From Polynucleobacter sp. (GTDB taxonomy: Bacteria > Pseudomonadota > Gammaproteobacteria > Burkholderiales > Burkholderiaceae), in contig JALRHB010000001.1 of NCBI GenBank assembly GCA_023253245.1, forward strand, positions 1-40,158: a stretch of 40,158 nt of DNA, given 5' to 3'. Below, one piece after another: positions 1 through 11,188 of this stretch. The first letter of the stretch is position 1. Each line of letters begins with the position of its first letter. The notes under the pieces are model-generated. The model was not told the DNA's origin. It did no database searches and worked only from the letters and a program-made list of their open reading frames with translations. The translations under genes and the position numbers were made by a program.

Positions 1-1
1 C

Positions 2-754
2 AAGGGACGAGGACGAACTAATCATTTACTTCACGCTCTAGTAGTAGAAGACCATCCGGCCAGCAGACAGATCCTATCGCTCCAACTTGAAGCGCTGGGC
101 ATCAAAACCCAGGTTTGCGAGAATGCTAAGGCTGCGATAGAACTTTTAAAGGATCACTGCTTCGATTTAATGCTGACAGATCATTCTATGCCAGGCATGC
201 AAGGGTCTGATTTAGCAAGACATATTCGTGCACAGGGAAATCGGGACCTGATCATTATTGGTGTCACCGCAGATATTTATGCGCTCGAATCTCGCAATCA
301 ATTTCTATCATCAGGAATGAATGGCGTGCTAATTAAACCCTTGAGCTTAGGAGCTCTAGAAAATGAATTAATGCGTTATTTTGACTCTACTGATTGCAGT
401 CAGGATACCCCCGAACCCTATTCATTTGATTCATTTTCAGGCTTGTTAAAAGATGATCAGGGTCAAGTCCTCATCATTTTGGATGAGATTAAAAGAGTGC
501 ATGATGAAGCACTTTTTGAGCTTCGCCGAAATTCAATAGAAACAGAATTCAATGAAGAGCGCTTTCAAAGTCTAGTGCATCGAGTAAAAGGTGGTGCACA
601 ACTATTGCATGCAAACGAGTTTGTTCAGGCCTGTATAGCGCTAGAGGCCGAGGGAGCCTTGCATGAACGGATCAAGCAATTCACCTCATTATTAGAGGAA
701 CAAAACAAAATTATTCAAGCTTACAAGGAAAGATATCGAACGCTTGGGAACTAA
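2..754 (+). CDS. Hybrid sensor histidine kinase, C-terminal part (receiver + HPt domains, BvgS/EvgS-like); 5'-truncated by the window edge
   Basis: The frame of ORF 170..754 stays open back to base 2 and reads ...HALVVEDHPASRQILSLQLEALG...FDLMLTDHSMPGMQG...GVTAD...LIKP (REC motifs). It ends with an HPt motif, LVHRVKGGA. Confidence 0.85.
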   Translation, partial: KGRGRTNHLLHALVVEDHPASRQILSLQLEALGIKTQVCENAKAAIELLKDHCFDLMLTDHSMPGMQGSDLARHIRAQGNRDLIIIGVTADIYALESRNQFLSSGMNGVLIKPLSLGALENELMRYFDSTDCSQDTPEPYSFDSFSGLLKDDQGQVLIILDEIKRVHDEALFELRRNSIETEFNEERFQSLVHRVKGGAQLLHANEFVQACIALEAEGALHERIKQFTSLLEEQNKIIQAYKERYRTLGN

Positions 755-771
755 GGTTTATCCTATGGCTT

Positions 772-2331
772 ATGAGTACCCCAGCCCCAATTAGCAGGTC
801 CTATTTTTCCCTAGCAACCATCATCATGTGTTGCTTATGGAGTATTGGAGTTCAGGGGGTGGAACCCAAAGTGGCGGACAATACTCAACAATATCTACCC
901 AAAGGTGTTGCTGCAAGTTTAGAGAAAAATCAGATACCCACGGATGCCATTAGCATTTCTGTAGTTGAGATCCAAGGGGGGCGCCCTGGCAAGGCAAATA
1001 GCAAAACTCAGCTAGATTGGCGCGCCAAAGAGCCAATGAATCCAGCTTCAACCATGAAGCTTCTCACTACCCTCACTGGCCTTGATGTATTGGGGCCAGA
1101 ATACCGCTGGCGCACCAAACTTTTTACTGATGGGACCATTAAACAAGGGACTCTTAGAGGCAATATTTACCTACAAGGGACCGGGGACCCTAAGCTCATC
1201 CCCGAAGAGTTCGCCAAAATGATGAAGGCCATTCAGAATTTAGGCATTCAAAAAATTGATGGGGACCTTTACTTTGACCGTAGCGCGTATGCTCCCAGTG
1301 TCATGGAACATAACACCATCGATGGCGAATCCTTGCGAGCCTACAACGTGCCTCCAGACCCTCTTTTGTATGCCTTTAGAACTCTCTCATTTCAACTAGG
1401 AAAGTCTCGAACAGCTGACTTCATCGATATTGAATACACGCCCAAACTATCGCAACTGAAGATCATCAATCAAATGCAATTAATTGATCGATCATGCGAG
1501 AACTGGAAAAGTAATCTACGCTTTAATTTGGATTCTGATGGCGGTACCGACAGCACTAATCAAAACCTGAGTGCAGTATTTTCAGGGGGCTTTCCTAAGG
1601 ATTGCAAGGGCGTCAATTACAACGTAGTTGCCATGGATGCAAATACCTTTCTTACACAGGGTTTTGCAGCGGCATGGGAATTAGCGGGAGGATCATGGGC
1701 TCAAACCCCCATTGGAAGATCCGGAAATGTTCCTCTTGCGGCGCGCCTACTCCTTCAATTTGAGGGCATTAAGCTAGCAGATAATGTTTTCGATATCAAT
1801 AAGTTTTCAAATAATGTGATGGCGCGCCAATTACTCCTGACCCTAGCGTTGGAAAAAATGGGTAAGCCAGCCACTACCGAAAACGGCAATACAGTTATTC
1901 AGAGTTGGCTTAAGGAGCAAGGACTGGAATTTCCTGAGCTTGTCATTGAAAATGGTTCTGGCCTTTCACGCACTGAAGCAATATCTGCGCAGCACTTGAA
2001 TCAAGTATTAGTTACGGCTAGAAATTTATCCGTAGGTGATATTTTTTATAACAGCTTACCTATTGCTGGTAAAGATGGCACCATGAAAAATAGACTCATG
2101 GCTCATTTGCGAAAATTTCTACATCTCAAGAAAAAACCTGAAGCTAGAATTAAAACGGGCTCGCTCACAGATGTCCGAGCGATTTCTGGATATGTAATGA
2201 GTAAGTCTGGAAGGCTATACGCCGTGAGCTCTTTTATTAACCACCCTAATGCTTGGAAAGGCTTAGAAGCCCACGATCAATTATTGGCGTGGCTATTAGA
2301 TGATGGGCCAGAGCCAAAGCAAGCGCGCTGA
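772..2331 (+). CDS. dacB: D-alanyl-D-alanine carboxypeptidase/endopeptidase (PBP4, peptidase S13)
   Basis: PASTMK (SxxK), SNN and KTGS motifs; GTGDP and NGSGLSR; N-terminal signal-like segment. Confidence 0.93.
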   Translation: MSTPAPISRSYFSLATIIMCCLWSIGVQGVEPKVADNTQQYLPKGVAASLEKNQIPTDAISISVVEIQGGRPGKANSKTQLDWRAKEPMNPASTMKLLTTLTGLDVLGPEYRWRTKLFTDGTIKQGTLRGNIYLQGTGDPKLIPEEFAKMMKAIQNLGIQKIDGDLYFDRSAYAPSVMEHNTIDGESLRAYNVPPDPLLYAFRTLSFQLGKSRTADFIDIEYTPKLSQLKIINQMQLIDRSCENWKSNLRFNLDSDGGTDSTNQNLSAVFSGGFPKDCKGVNYNVVAMDANTFLTQGFAAAWELAGGSWAQTPIGRSGNVPLAARLLLQFEGIKLADNVFDINKFSNNVMARQLLLTLALEKMGKPATTENGNTVIQSWLKEQGLEFPELVIENGSGLSRTEAISAQHLNQVLVTARNLSVGDIFYNSLPIAGKDGTMKNRLMAHLRKFLHLKKKPEARIKTGSLTDVRAISGYVMSKSGRLYAVSSFINHPNAWKGLEAHDQLLAWLLDDGPEPKQAR

Positions 2332-3368
2332 AGTCGATCCCTCACACCATCCCATTCCTCGCCTGCTGGAGGCTCGGGTAATAGAATTAAATCCCATCCT
2401 TGCTGATCTAAGTCTCGTAAAGTGCGATAAAGTTTATTAGCAAAACTGGTGCTATCACTAGGCACGAGGATTTCTTCAAAATGCACTGAGGGGTGGCCAT
2501 CTCCTCCTAAGCTGGAATCAGAATCCCAAACTGCCACAGCTACGCGCGATTTAATGTCTGGAAATTCACCTAAAGCATCCAAGACTCTACCAGGCGCATA
2601 AAGGCGCAAGGGAGTGGTGGGCGCGTAGTGAGCACGTAAACTTCCTGATACTTTTGGAGCCTCAGTTTGCCCCTCAATTGCAGCATACTCATGAGGTAGA
2701 AAGACTTTGACGCCAGTCTTTTTGAAGATTTCTCCAGGGGTGATCAATCCAGGCCGGAGTAATACTGGGCAGTCTCTTGATAAATCAACAATCGTTGATT
2801 CAATTCCAACAGCACAGTCACCGCCATCCAAAATCATGAGATCAAGCATTTCTTCGAACTCATGGCGCACATCCGCAGCACTTGTAGGAGACACCTTGCC
2901 AAAGCGATTCGCCGAAGGCCCTACAATGCCCCCTTTAAATTTTCGCAAAAGCTCTTGAGTTAGTGGATGTGCAGGCGCACGAATTGCCACTGTATCTTGA
3001 CCACCAGTTGCTTCAAGCGGCACCGTTTTATCCTTCTTAAAGACTAAGGTAAGTGGTCCAGGCCAAAATGCATTTATCAACTTAAGAGCATCTTCAGAAA
3101 TATCTCTTACCCAAGAGGCAAGTACTGGAACCCAATCAATATGAGATTGATCAAATTTATCTGGGGCTGCAATATGTACTATTAAAGGATGATTGGATGG
3201 ACGTCCCTTAGCAGAAAATACTTTTTTGATGGCTTCGGGATTTTTAGCATCAGCACCCAGCCCATAGACTGTTTCGGTTGGAAAGGCGACTAAGCCACCA
3301 TTCCGCAAAGATTGAACTGCCTCTTGAATCACTGCTGATGATTGCAATGAGCTACTATCGCCAGACAT
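2277..3368 (-). CDS. sua5: L-threonylcarbamoyladenylate synthase (Sua5 type, YrdC + SUA5 C-terminal domain)
   Basis: VAFPTETVYGLGA, KGRPSNHPLIVH, PSANRFG, GIESTIVD and HYAP motifs. Confidence 0.93.
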   Translation of the reverse strand: MSGDSSSLQSSAVIQEAVQSLRNGGLVAFPTETVYGLGADAKNPEAIKKVFSAKGRPSNHPLIVHIAAPDKFDQSHIDWVPVLASWVRDISEDALKLINAFWPGPLTLVFKKDKTVPLEATGGQDTVAIRAPAHPLTQELLRKFKGGIVGPSANRFGKVSPTSAADVRHEFEEMLDLMILDGGDCAVGIESTIVDLSRDCPVLLRPGLITPGEIFKKTGVKVFLPHEYAAIEGQTEAPKVSGSLRAHYAPTTPLRLYAPGRVLDALGEFPDIKSRVAVAVWDSDSSLGGDGHPSVHFEEILVPSDSTSFANKLYRTLRDLDQQGWDLILLPEPPAGEEWDGVRDRLQRACFGSGPSSNSHANN

Positions 3369-3370
3369 TT

Positions 3371-4555
3371 CTAGGGCTCGATCCCTAATTCAACTGCAAC
3401 AGCAGCACAACTCTGGCGCGCTTGATTAAGTGATTCGCCTAAGCAATTAATGTGGCCCATCTTGCGCCCAATGCGAGGATCTGATTTTCCATAAAGATGC
3501 AGTTTAGCCTCAGGATGAGATAGCACTTGATTCCAAGCAGGCTCTTTGGCTCGATCTTCGCCTCCCATAAACCATAAATCACCCAAAAGATTGAGCATAG
3601 AAACTGGTGCTAACAAACGTGTGTCACCCAAAGGTAAGCGAGCCATACTTCTCACCTGCTGTTCGAATTGACTGCTCACACTGGCATCCATCGTATAGTG
3701 CCCAGAATTGTGGGGGCGTGGGGCAATCTCATTTGCCACGATATCGCCATTTTTGAGCACAAAAAACTCAACACATAAAACACCGACATAATCAATTTTA
3801 CGAATCAGCGCCTTTGCGGCCTCAATAATTTTCTTCTCTTGTGCAGTCTTCAATGAAGGTGCCGGCACTGTAGAGGTATGCAAAATTCCATCACGATGGA
3901 TATTCTGAGCAACAGGATAGGCCACAACAGCATCATCATAACCACGAACTACCAAAGCGGAAACCTCAAAATCTAAGTCCATGCGTTTTTCAAGGACACA
4001 GGGCACTTTACCCAATTCAGCCCATGCCGGAGCTAAATCAGCCATCCCATAAACAGTAATTTGACCTTTTCCATCATAGCCCATGCGAGCAGTCTTGAGA
4101 ATTCCAGGAAAAAGATCTGTCGGCACGTGGGAAACATCGGCCTCACGCTCGATCACGCAATAGGGAGCAGGACCGATGTTGGTTTCCGCCTTCCAGGTTG
4201 CTAAAAAGTTTTTTTCAGCCACCCGATTTTGCGCCAATGAAACACAGCTGCTTCTTGGTGCAACAAAAACACCCAATGACTCTAATTCATCTAAGGCTTG
4301 TGCCGGGACGTTTTCAAATTCAGTGCTAACAGATTGACACAGTGTGGCCATTTCTTTTAATGCTTCTGAATCAGTATAGTCAGCTTGTATAAACTTTTCT
4401 GCGATGGATCCTGCTGGACTATCACTGGCAGGATCTAAAACACAAACCTTGTAGCCCATTGCTTGAGCAGCTTGAGTAAACATTCGGCCTAATTGACCGC
4501 CACCCAAAATCCCTAAATACGAGCCTGGCAATACAGGCTCTAAGTAATCTGCCAT
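3371..4555 (-). CDS. purK: N5-carboxyaminoimidazole ribonucleotide synthase
   Basis: GILGGGQLGRM, GYDGKGQ, NEIAPRPHNSGH and RKMGH; adjacent to purE. Confidence 0.96.
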   Translation of the reverse strand: MADYLEPVLPGSYLGILGGGQLGRMFTQAAQAMGYKVCVLDPASDSPAGSIAEKFIQADYTDSEALKEMATLCQSVSTEFENVPAQALDELESLGVFVAPRSSCVSLAQNRVAEKNFLATWKAETNIGPAPYCVIEREADVSHVPTDLFPGILKTARMGYDGKGQITVYGMADLAPAWAELGKVPCVLEKRMDLDFEVSALVVRGYDDAVVAYPVAQNIHRDGILHTSTVPAPSLKTAQEKKIIEAAKALIRKIDYVGVLCVEFFVLKNGDIVANEIAPRPHNSGHYTMDASVSSQFEQQVRSMARLPLGDTRLLAPVSMLNLLGDLWFMGGEDRAKEPAWNQVLSHPEAKLHLYGKSDPRIGRKMGHINCLGESLNQARQSCAAVAVELGIEP

Positions 4556-4559
4556 CGAT

Positions 4560-5054
4560 TTAATATCCCGGCAAATTCATGGAGCGTGCAGCATCAGATT
4601 GTTTCGCGCGAAACTCTTCTAATTGCTTTGCTAAAGATGGATTGTTGACTGCTAAGTTTGCAATTACATGTAAAGCTGCGTTTGCTGCACCTGCCTCACC
4701 AATCGCAAATGTTGCGACTGGAATACCTTTAGGCATCTGCACGATTGAATAAAGAGAATCCTCTCCCTTCAAGTATTTGCTAGCTACAGGCACCCCAAAA
4801 ACGGGGATGATTGTTTTTGATGCCAACATGCCGGGTAAATGGGCGGCGCCACCAGCACCCGCAATAATCGCCTGCAATCCATTTACTTGTGCATTTTCAG
4901 CATAAGCAAACATGTCGTCAGGCATTCGATGTGCTGACAAAACTTTAGCCTCATGCGCAACACCAAACTGCTCCAACATTTGAGCAGCGTGTTGCATGGT
5001 TTCCCAATCTGAATTGGAACCCATCACTATTCCGACTATTGGCTTTTTACTCAT
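4560..5054 (-). CDS. purE: N5-carboxyaminoimidazole ribonucleotide mutase
   Basis: MGSNSD, SAHR, AGAGGAAHLPGM and SIVQMPKGIPVAT. Confidence 0.97.
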   Translation of the reverse strand: MSKKPIVGIVMGSNSDWETMQHAAQMLEQFGVAHEAKVLSAHRMPDDMFAYAENAQVNGLQAIIAGAGGAAHLPGMLASKTIIPVFGVPVASKYLKGEDSLYSIVQMPKGIPVATFAIGEAGAANAALHVIANLAVNNPSLAKQLEEFRAKQSDAARSMNLPGY

Positions 5055-5143
5055 CTAGCTCTCCACAAACCCAAAGCGCGGTTAATCTGTACGATTTAAC
5101 CTTTAAGGTCTTATTATCCCAGCCTTTTTAATGCTCCAGCAAA

Positions 5144-6040
5144 TTAGGCCTTGGTGAGACGAGCCAGAGCCTCACGATACTTTTGGGCAGTTTTATCAAT
5201 GACATCAGCAGGCAAAGCAGGCGCTGGCGCAGTTTTTGACCACAATTTACCGTCAACCATCGCTGTTTCAAGCCAATCACGCACAAACTGCTTGTCATAC
5301 GAAGGTGGGTTCGAGCCCACATAATAGGTTTCAGCAGGCCAAAAACGGGACGAATCAGCCGTCAGAATCTCGTCCATCAATACTAGCTGACCACCTTCAT
5401 CAAGACCAAACTCAAATTTAGTATCCGCAATGATGATTCCACGAGTAGCGGCATATTCAGAGGCTTCTTTGTACAAGCGAATACTGACATCACGAATTTG
5501 ATTAGCCAAGGGCTCACCAATCATATCGATGACTTTTTCAAAAGAGATATTCTCATCGTGCTCGCCAACCTCTGCCTTAGCAGCGGGAGTAAAAATGGGC
5601 TCAGGTAGCTTTTGTGCATTTTCTAGACCCTCAGGCAAGGCAATACCACATACTTTGCCAGTTTCTTTGTAGTCCTTCCAACCGCTACCAGCTAAATAAC
5701 CACGCACAACCGCTTCGACCAAGATAGGCTTAAGACGCTTGGCAACAACTGCCCGGCCTTTGACTTGGTCAAGTTCATCTGCAGCGACTACCGATGCCGG
5801 ATCAATTCCAGTGAGATGGTTTGGAATCACGCTCGCCAATTTATCAAACCAAAAATTAGCCATTTGATTGAGCACAATTCCTTTTTCCGGAATTGGCTGA
5901 CCCATCACCACATCAAAAGCTGATAAGCGATCAGTAGTCACCATCAAAAGTTTGTCATCCCCTAAAGCGTAAACATCGCGCACTTTTCCTTTTGACAACA
6001 AAGGAAGTGACTTGATAGAAGTCGCGTACAAAGCTGGCAT
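5144..6040 (-). CDS. purC: Phosphoribosylaminoimidazolesuccinocarboxamide (SAICAR) synthase
   Basis: [22 protein letters not shown] and [12 protein letters not shown]. Confidence 0.97.
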   Translation of the reverse strand: MPALYATSIKSLPLLSKGKVRDVYALGDDKLLMVTTDRLSAFDVVMGQPIPEKGIVLNQMANFWFDKLASVIPNHLTGIDPASVVAADELDQVKGRAVVAKRLKPILVEAVVRGYLAGSGWKDYKETGKVCGIALPEGLENAQKLPEPIFTPAAKAEVGEHDENISFEKVIDMIGEPLANQIRDVSIRLYKEASEYAATRGIIIADTKFEFGLDEGGQLVLMDEILTADSSRFWPAETYYVGSNPPSYDKQFVRDWLETAMVDGKLWSKTAPAPALPADVIDKTAQKYREALARLTKA

Positions 6041-6047
6041 ATTTATC

Positions 6048-7112
6048 TCACTTCACAATCTGAGCCAATTTACCGCTCTTATATAGCTCCGCCATCTTCT
6101 CCAAAGGAATCGGTTTAATTTTAGAGGCTTGACCTGCGCTACCAAATGCTTGAAAACGTGCAATACATACTTTTTTTGCTGCCTCACGAGCAGGCTTTAA
6201 GTAATCTCGAGGATCAAACTTGCTTGGGTTTTCAAATAAATAGCGACGAATTGCACCAGTCATTGCAAGACGAATGTCGGTATCAATATTAATCTTACGT
6301 ACCCCATTCTTAATGCCTTCCTGAATTTCTTCAACAGGAACGCCATAAGTTTCCTTCATATCACCACCAAACTCGCGAATCTCAGCGAGTAATTCTTGTG
6401 GAACACTGGAGGAACCATGCATTACTAAATGAGTATTTGGAATGCGCGCATGAATTTCTTTAATGCGATCGATTGCGAGAATATCACCAGTTGGCTTCTT
6501 CGTAAACTTATAAGCACCATGACTTGTGCCAATGGCAATTGCCAATGCATCACATTGCGTTGCTTTCACAAAATCTGCTGCCTGCTCCACATCTGTCAAC
6601 AATTGCTCTCGGGTCATCTTGCCATCAGCGCCATGGCCGTCTTCTTTATCGCCTTGCATCGTCTCAAGAGAACCTAAAACACCTAATTCAGCCTCGACTG
6701 TCACCCCAATAGAATGGGAAAACTTCACCACCTCACGCGATACATCAACGTTGTATTCATAGCTAGCTACTGACTTGCCATCAGCCTCTAAAGAACCGTC
6801 CATCATGACACTCGTAAAGCCACTCTTGATAGCAGCCATACATACTGCGGGGCTTTGGCCATGATCTTGATGCATCACTACAGGAATATGCGGGTATGCT
6901 TCAACCGCAGCAGAAATTAAATGGCGCAAAAAGGCCTCACCCGCGTATTTGCGCGCCCCAGCAGAAGCTTGCATAATGACTGGAGAATCAGCTTCATTAG
7001 CGGCTTCCATGATGGCGGTAACTTGTTCCAAGTTGTTCACATTAAAGGCTGGTAATCCATAGCCATTTTCAGCGGCATGGTCCAACAGTTGTCGTAAAGA
7101 TACTAAAGCCAT
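6048..7112 (-). CDS. fba: Fructose-bisphosphate aldolase class II
   Basis: [34 protein letters not shown] and KINIDTD. Confidence 0.96.
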   Translation of the reverse strand: MALVSLRQLLDHAAENGYGLPAFNVNNLEQVTAIMEAANEADSPVIMQASAGARKYAGEAFLRHLISAAVEAYPHIPVVMHQDHGQSPAVCMAAIKSGFTSVMMDGSLEADGKSVASYEYNVDVSREVVKFSHSIGVTVEAELGVLGSLETMQGDKEDGHGADGKMTREQLLTDVEQAADFVKATQCDALAIAIGTSHGAYKFTKKPTGDILAIDRIKEIHARIPNTHLVMHGSSSVPQELLAEIREFGGDMKETYGVPVEEIQEGIKNGVRKINIDTDIRLAMTGAIRRYLFENPSKFDPRDYLKPAREAAKKVCIARFQAFGSAGQASKIKPIPLEKMAELYKSGKLAQIVK

Positions 7113-7164
7113 AATGTTCTCTTAATAAATAAAGTGGTTTATCAGTAATATAGAAAGATGGGAT

Positions 7165-8601
7165 TTATTTCACTTGAATAATTTTGAGCGAATTAGTTCC
7201 ACCAGGCTCACCCATGGGCTCACCGGAAGTCAAGACAACAACATCACCCGTTTTTACAGCGCCTATTTTTTTCAAACAATCTTCAACTTCCTGCAAGGCA
7301 ATATCACGCTCTTTGGTGTAATTCAGACCAATTGGGAATACATTACGGTAGGTGCTCAAAGCTCGTTGAGTTGCGATCTTCGAAGTCAAAGCGAAAATTG
7401 GTAGATGAATATTATGACGACTCATCCAAATCGGGGTTGAGCCAGAATCGGTTAATGCAGCAATAGCATTAGCATTAAGATGATGTGCAGTAAATAAAGC
7501 GCCTAAGGCGATTGTTTGATCAATACGGGTAAAAGTTTGATCTAAAAAATCCGTATCAAGCTTGACCCGATCTGATTTTTCAGCTTCAACACAAATCTCC
7601 GCCATAGCTTTAATAGTTTGTACTGGGTACATACCGGCAGCAGACTCAGCGGAGAGCATCACTGCATCGGTTCCGTCTAGCACTGCATTTGCCACATCAC
7701 TTACTTCAGCACGCGTAGGCACGGGAGCATTGATCATTGACTCCATCATTTGGGTGGCTGTGATCGTAAATTTATCAGCCTCTAATGCCCATTTGATCAT
7801 GCGCTTTTGCATCGCAGGGACAGCGGCATTACCAACCTCAATCGCTAGATCGCCACGAGCGACCATGATGCCGTCGCTCTCAGCAATAATGCTTCGTAAT
7901 GCTTCATTCTCTATTGCTTCAGCGCGCTCCACTTTAGCAATAGTGCGCACTTTACCAACGCCATATTTAGCACTAGCAGCATCCGCAAGCTTGCGGGCAT
8001 AAGCCATGTCCGCACCATCCTTTGGAAAGCTAATAGCTAAGAAATCCACACCCATCGCGATTGCAGCATCTAAATCGGCAATATCTTTTTCTGTAAGTGC
8101 TGGCGCAGTTAGGCCGCCACCGGCACGATTAATGCCCTTGTTATTAGAGAGGGGGCCACCTTGATCAACGCGAGTAAAAATCTCTCCACCCTTCACGCTT
8201 TCAACACGTAATACTACTAAGCCATCATTTAGCAGTAGTCGATCGCCAGGCTTCACGTCCTGCGGCAACTCTTTGTAATCCAAGCCAACTCGTTCTTGGT
8301 TGCCTAGCTCACAAGCCACGTCCAAAATAAATTGTTCACCTTCTTTGAGCAAGATTTTGCTATCTGCAAATTTTCCTACGCGAATTTTGGGACCCTGCAA
8401 GTCAGCCATGATGCCAACTTCTTTGCCCACCTCCGCTGAAATAGACCTCACCAAATCATGGCGTGCTTTATGGTCAGCTACGGTGCCATGCGAGAAATTC
8501 ATTCTCACTACATCCACACCTGCACGAATCATGTCTCGCAATACTTCTGGCTTCTCAGAAGCAGGCCCCAGTGTGGCAATAATCTTGGTTGCTCTCAGCA
8601 T
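7165..8601 (-). CDS. pyk: Pyruvate kinase
   Basis: TKIIATLGP, RMNFSHG, DLQGPKIR, MVARGDL, ATQMMESM and PTRAEVSDVANA. Confidence 0.96.
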   Translation of the reverse strand: MLRATKIIATLGPASEKPEVLRDMIRAGVDVVRMNFSHGTVADHKARHDLVRSISAEVGKEVGIMADLQGPKIRVGKFADSKILLKEGEQFILDVACELGNQERVGLDYKELPQDVKPGDRLLLNDGLVVLRVESVKGGEIFTRVDQGGPLSNNKGINRAGGGLTAPALTEKDIADLDAAIAMGVDFLAISFPKDGADMAYARKLADAASAKYGVGKVRTIAKVERAEAIENEALRSIIAESDGIMVARGDLAIEVGNAAVPAMQKRMIKWALEADKFTITATQMMESMINAPVPTRAEVSDVANAVLDGTDAVMLSAESAAGMYPVQTIKAMAEICVEAEKSDRVKLDTDFLDQTFTRIDQTIALGALFTAHHLNANAIAALTDSGSTPIWMSRHNIHLPIFALTSKIATQRALSTYRNVFPIGLNYTKERDIALQEVEDCLKKIGAVKTGDVVVLTSGEPMGEPGGTNSLKIIQVK

Positions 8602-8603
8602 AT

Positions 8604-9815
8604 TTAGTCTTTCGCTCTCTCAGCAAGTACAGCAAAGGCTGGCAAAGTTTTACCTTCTAAAAACTCTAAAAAGGCACCACCGCCAGTAGATATGTAATCC
8701 ACTTGATTTTCAATACCGTATTTAGCAATGGCGGCTAAAGTGTCACCACCACCAGCAATTGAGAAGGCCGGGGAATGCGCAATAGCAGCAGCAAGCATTT
8801 TTGTTCCACCACCAAACTGATCAATTTCAAAAACGCCTAAGGGTCCATTCCAAACAATAGTGCCTGCATGAGCCAACATGATTGATAAACGCGCTGCGGT
8901 CTTAGGTCCAATATCCAAAATCATGTCGTCTTCAGCAACTTGATCAGCGGGCACACGATTGGCACGGGCTAATGGAGACAGCTCATTTGCTACAACGACA
9001 TCTTCAGGAATAGGAACATGCGCACCCCGTTTTTCCATAATGTCCATGATTTCTTTTGCTTCATTGACTAAATCAGGTTCTGCTAAAGATTTACCGATCG
9101 GCAAGCCCTTAGCCAACATAAAAGTATTTGCAATACCACCGCCAACAATTAATTCATCGACCTTTTCAGATAATGCTTTAAGAATAGTCAACTTTGAAGA
9201 AACTTTTGAGCCTGCAACAATCGCAACTAAAGGTCGCTTAGGATTTGCAAGAGCACGACTCAAGGCATCTAACTCTGCAGCCATTAATGGACCAGCACAA
9301 GCAATGGGGGCAAATTTTGCAACGCCATTAGTCGTCGCTTCGGCACGATGCGCTGTTCCAAAAGCATCATTGACATAGACATCACACAAAGCTGCAATTT
9401 TCTTTGCCAGCTCATCATTATTCTTTTTCTCACCAACGTTCAGACGGCAGTTCTCCAGCAACACCACCTCGCCAGGATTCACTTCAAATCCTCCATTAAC
9501 CCAATCACTAATTAATGGCACTTTGCGATTCAAAAGACTCGCAATTCGGTCGGCAACAGGAGCTAGGCTATCCTCAGACTTGAACTCGCCTTCAGTGGGC
9601 CTGCCTAAATGGGATGTCACCATTACTGCGGCGCCAGCATCTAAACACATTTGTACTGCGGGCATTGAAGCCCTAATCCGAGTGTCTTCGGTAATATTAC
9701 CCACATCATCTTGAGGAACATTGAGGTCAGCGCGAATCAAGACCCGCTTTCCCTTCAATAGACCAGCTGCTGCTAATTCGCTCAGGCGCTTAACTTTAAA
9801 TAGAGATTCCGGCAT
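8604..9815 (-). CDS. pgk: Phosphoglycerate kinase (start moved to ATG 9815, MPESLFK...)
   Basis: [29 protein letters not shown] and [14 protein letters not shown]. The first 21 aa of the tracked ORF do not look like PGK. Confidence 0.95.
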   Translation of the reverse strand: MPESLFKVKRLSELAAAGLLKGKRVLIRADLNVPQDDVGNITEDTRIRASMPAVQMCLDAGAAVMVTSHLGRPTEGEFKSEDSLAPVADRIASLLNRKVPLISDWVNGGFEVNPGEVVLLENCRLNVGEKKNNDELAKKIAALCDVYVNDAFGTAHRAEATTNGVAKFAPIACAGPLMAAELDALSRALANPKRPLVAIVAGSKVSSKLTILKALSEKVDELIVGGGIANTFMLAKGLPIGKSLAEPDLVNEAKEIMDIMEKRGAHVPIPEDVVVANELSPLARANRVPADQVAEDDMILDIGPKTAARLSIMLAHAGTIVWNGPLGVFEIDQFGGGTKMLAAAIAHSPAFSIAGGGDTLAAIAKYGIENQVDYISTGGGAFLEFLEGKTLPAFAVLAERAKD

Positions 9816-10013
9816 GGTAATAGTCAAATTTGGTGATTTACAGGGAATGCTCCATTCTAAATCCTCTGGACTGGCCACACCCCTTAATGAGAGGTCTCAA
9901 ATTGCACGGCCTGCTCTACAATAAAGGCCATGACGCATTTTGGCTCGGCGGCTAATACCAAAGGCTAGGCGCCCCGATTAACTGGATTTATCAGAAAATA
10001 TAAGGTAGAGAAA

Positions 10014-10937
10014 ATGTCGATGTCTGACCGCGATGGCTTTATTTGGTCCGATGGGAAGTTGATTCCCTGGCGCGAGGCCAATATTCACGTGCTAACCCAC
10101 AGTCTGCACTACGGAATGGGCGTTTTTGAGGGCATCCGAGCCTATAAAACCCCCCAAGGAACCGCGATTTTCCGCCTCCCAGAGCACGTAAAACGACTTT
10201 TTAACGGCACCAAGATATTCCAAATGAATATGCCGTATAGCCCCGAACAGATTAGTCAAGGGATTATCGAGGTGGTTAATAGCAATAAGCTCGAGTCTTG
10301 CTATATCCGCCCCATCATCTTTATTGGCTCCCAAAAGCTGGGCATCTCCCCCAAAGGCAATAGCATCCATACCGCGATAGCTGCTTGGGAATGGGGCGCT
10401 TATTTGGGCGAAGATGGTATCAACAAGGGAATTCGCGTCAAAACTTCCTCATTTACCCGTCATTTTGTTAATTCATCGCTGGTAAGAGCCAAAGCTTCCG
10501 GCTACTACATTAACTCCATTTTGGCTAATCAAGAAGTCACTGCCAATGGCTACGATGAAGCCTTACTCTTAGATACTGAAGGTTATGTTTCCGAGGGCTC
10601 CGGTGAAAATATTTTCATTGTTAATAACGGAATTATTTACACGCCAGATCTAGCATCTTGTTTAGACGGCATTACCCGTAACTCCATCATGCAAATCGCT
10701 AAAGATCTTGGCTTTGAATTGCGCGAGAAGCGTATTACTCGTGATGAGGTCTACTCTGCGGATGAAGCTTTCTTCACTGGTACTGCGGCTGAAGTAACTC
10801 CTATTCGAGAATTAGACGACCGCACCATTGGTGACGGTAAACGCGGCCCCATTACCGAGAAGATTCAAAAGGTCTACTTTGATGCCGTATATGGCAGAAG
10901 TGATGAGTACAAGTCTTGGCTGACCTACGTTAAGTAA
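10014..10937 (+). CDS. ilvE: Branched-chain amino acid aminotransferase
   Basis: LHYGMGVFEG, RAKASGYY (PLP lysine), EGSGEN, LDGITR and GTAAE. Confidence 0.96.
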   Translation: MSMSDRDGFIWSDGKLIPWREANIHVLTHSLHYGMGVFEGIRAYKTPQGTAIFRLPEHVKRLFNGTKIFQMNMPYSPEQISQGIIEVVNSNKLESCYIRPIIFIGSQKLGISPKGNSIHTAIAAWEWGAYLGEDGINKGIRVKTSSFTRHFVNSSLVRAKASGYYINSILANQEVTANGYDEALLLDTEGYVSEGSGENIFIVNNGIIYTPDLASCLDGITRNSIMQIAKDLGFELREKRITRDEVYSADEAFFTGTAAEVTPIRELDDRTIGDGKRGPITEKIQKVYFDAVYGRSDEYKSWLTYVK

Positions 10938-10951
10938 TAGGAAATTAAAAA

Positions 10952-11140
10952 ATGAGTGAAGCTCAAGTGGTGATGATCGATGGCAAAGATCTTCCTTTGC
11001 ATTGCCCTACCAACAACACCCCCAATTGGAACTCACATCCGCGCGTATTTTTAGATATCGCCAAAACAGGGCAGGCTAAATGTCCCTATTGCGGCACAGA
11101 ATACAAGCTAATCCCTGGTACCGAAGCTCACGGGCATTAA
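10952..11140 (+). CDS. Small CHCC-type zinc-finger protein
   Basis: HCP...HPRVFL...CPYCG pattern; AGGA RBS upstream. Confidence 0.85.
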   Translation: MSEAQVVMIDGKDLPLHCPTNNTPNWNSHPRVFLDIAKTGQAKCPYCGTEYKLIPGTEAHGH

Positions 11141-11145
11141 ACCAA

Positions 11146-11173
11146 TCAGCACCTCTGTGAGAAGGGGTGCTGA
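11146..11173 (+). other. Intergenic hairpin without a U-tract
   Basis: tcagcacctct-gtgaga-aggggtgctga forms an 11-bp stem with one G-U pair. Confidence 0.55.
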
Positions 11174-11188
11174 ATCGGGATACCGCAC

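Noticed and set aside
9930-9968. Short ORF MTHFGSAANTKG upstream of ilvE as an attenuator leader
   Set aside because: It has no Ile/Leu/Val codons and no terminator hairpin with a T-tract.
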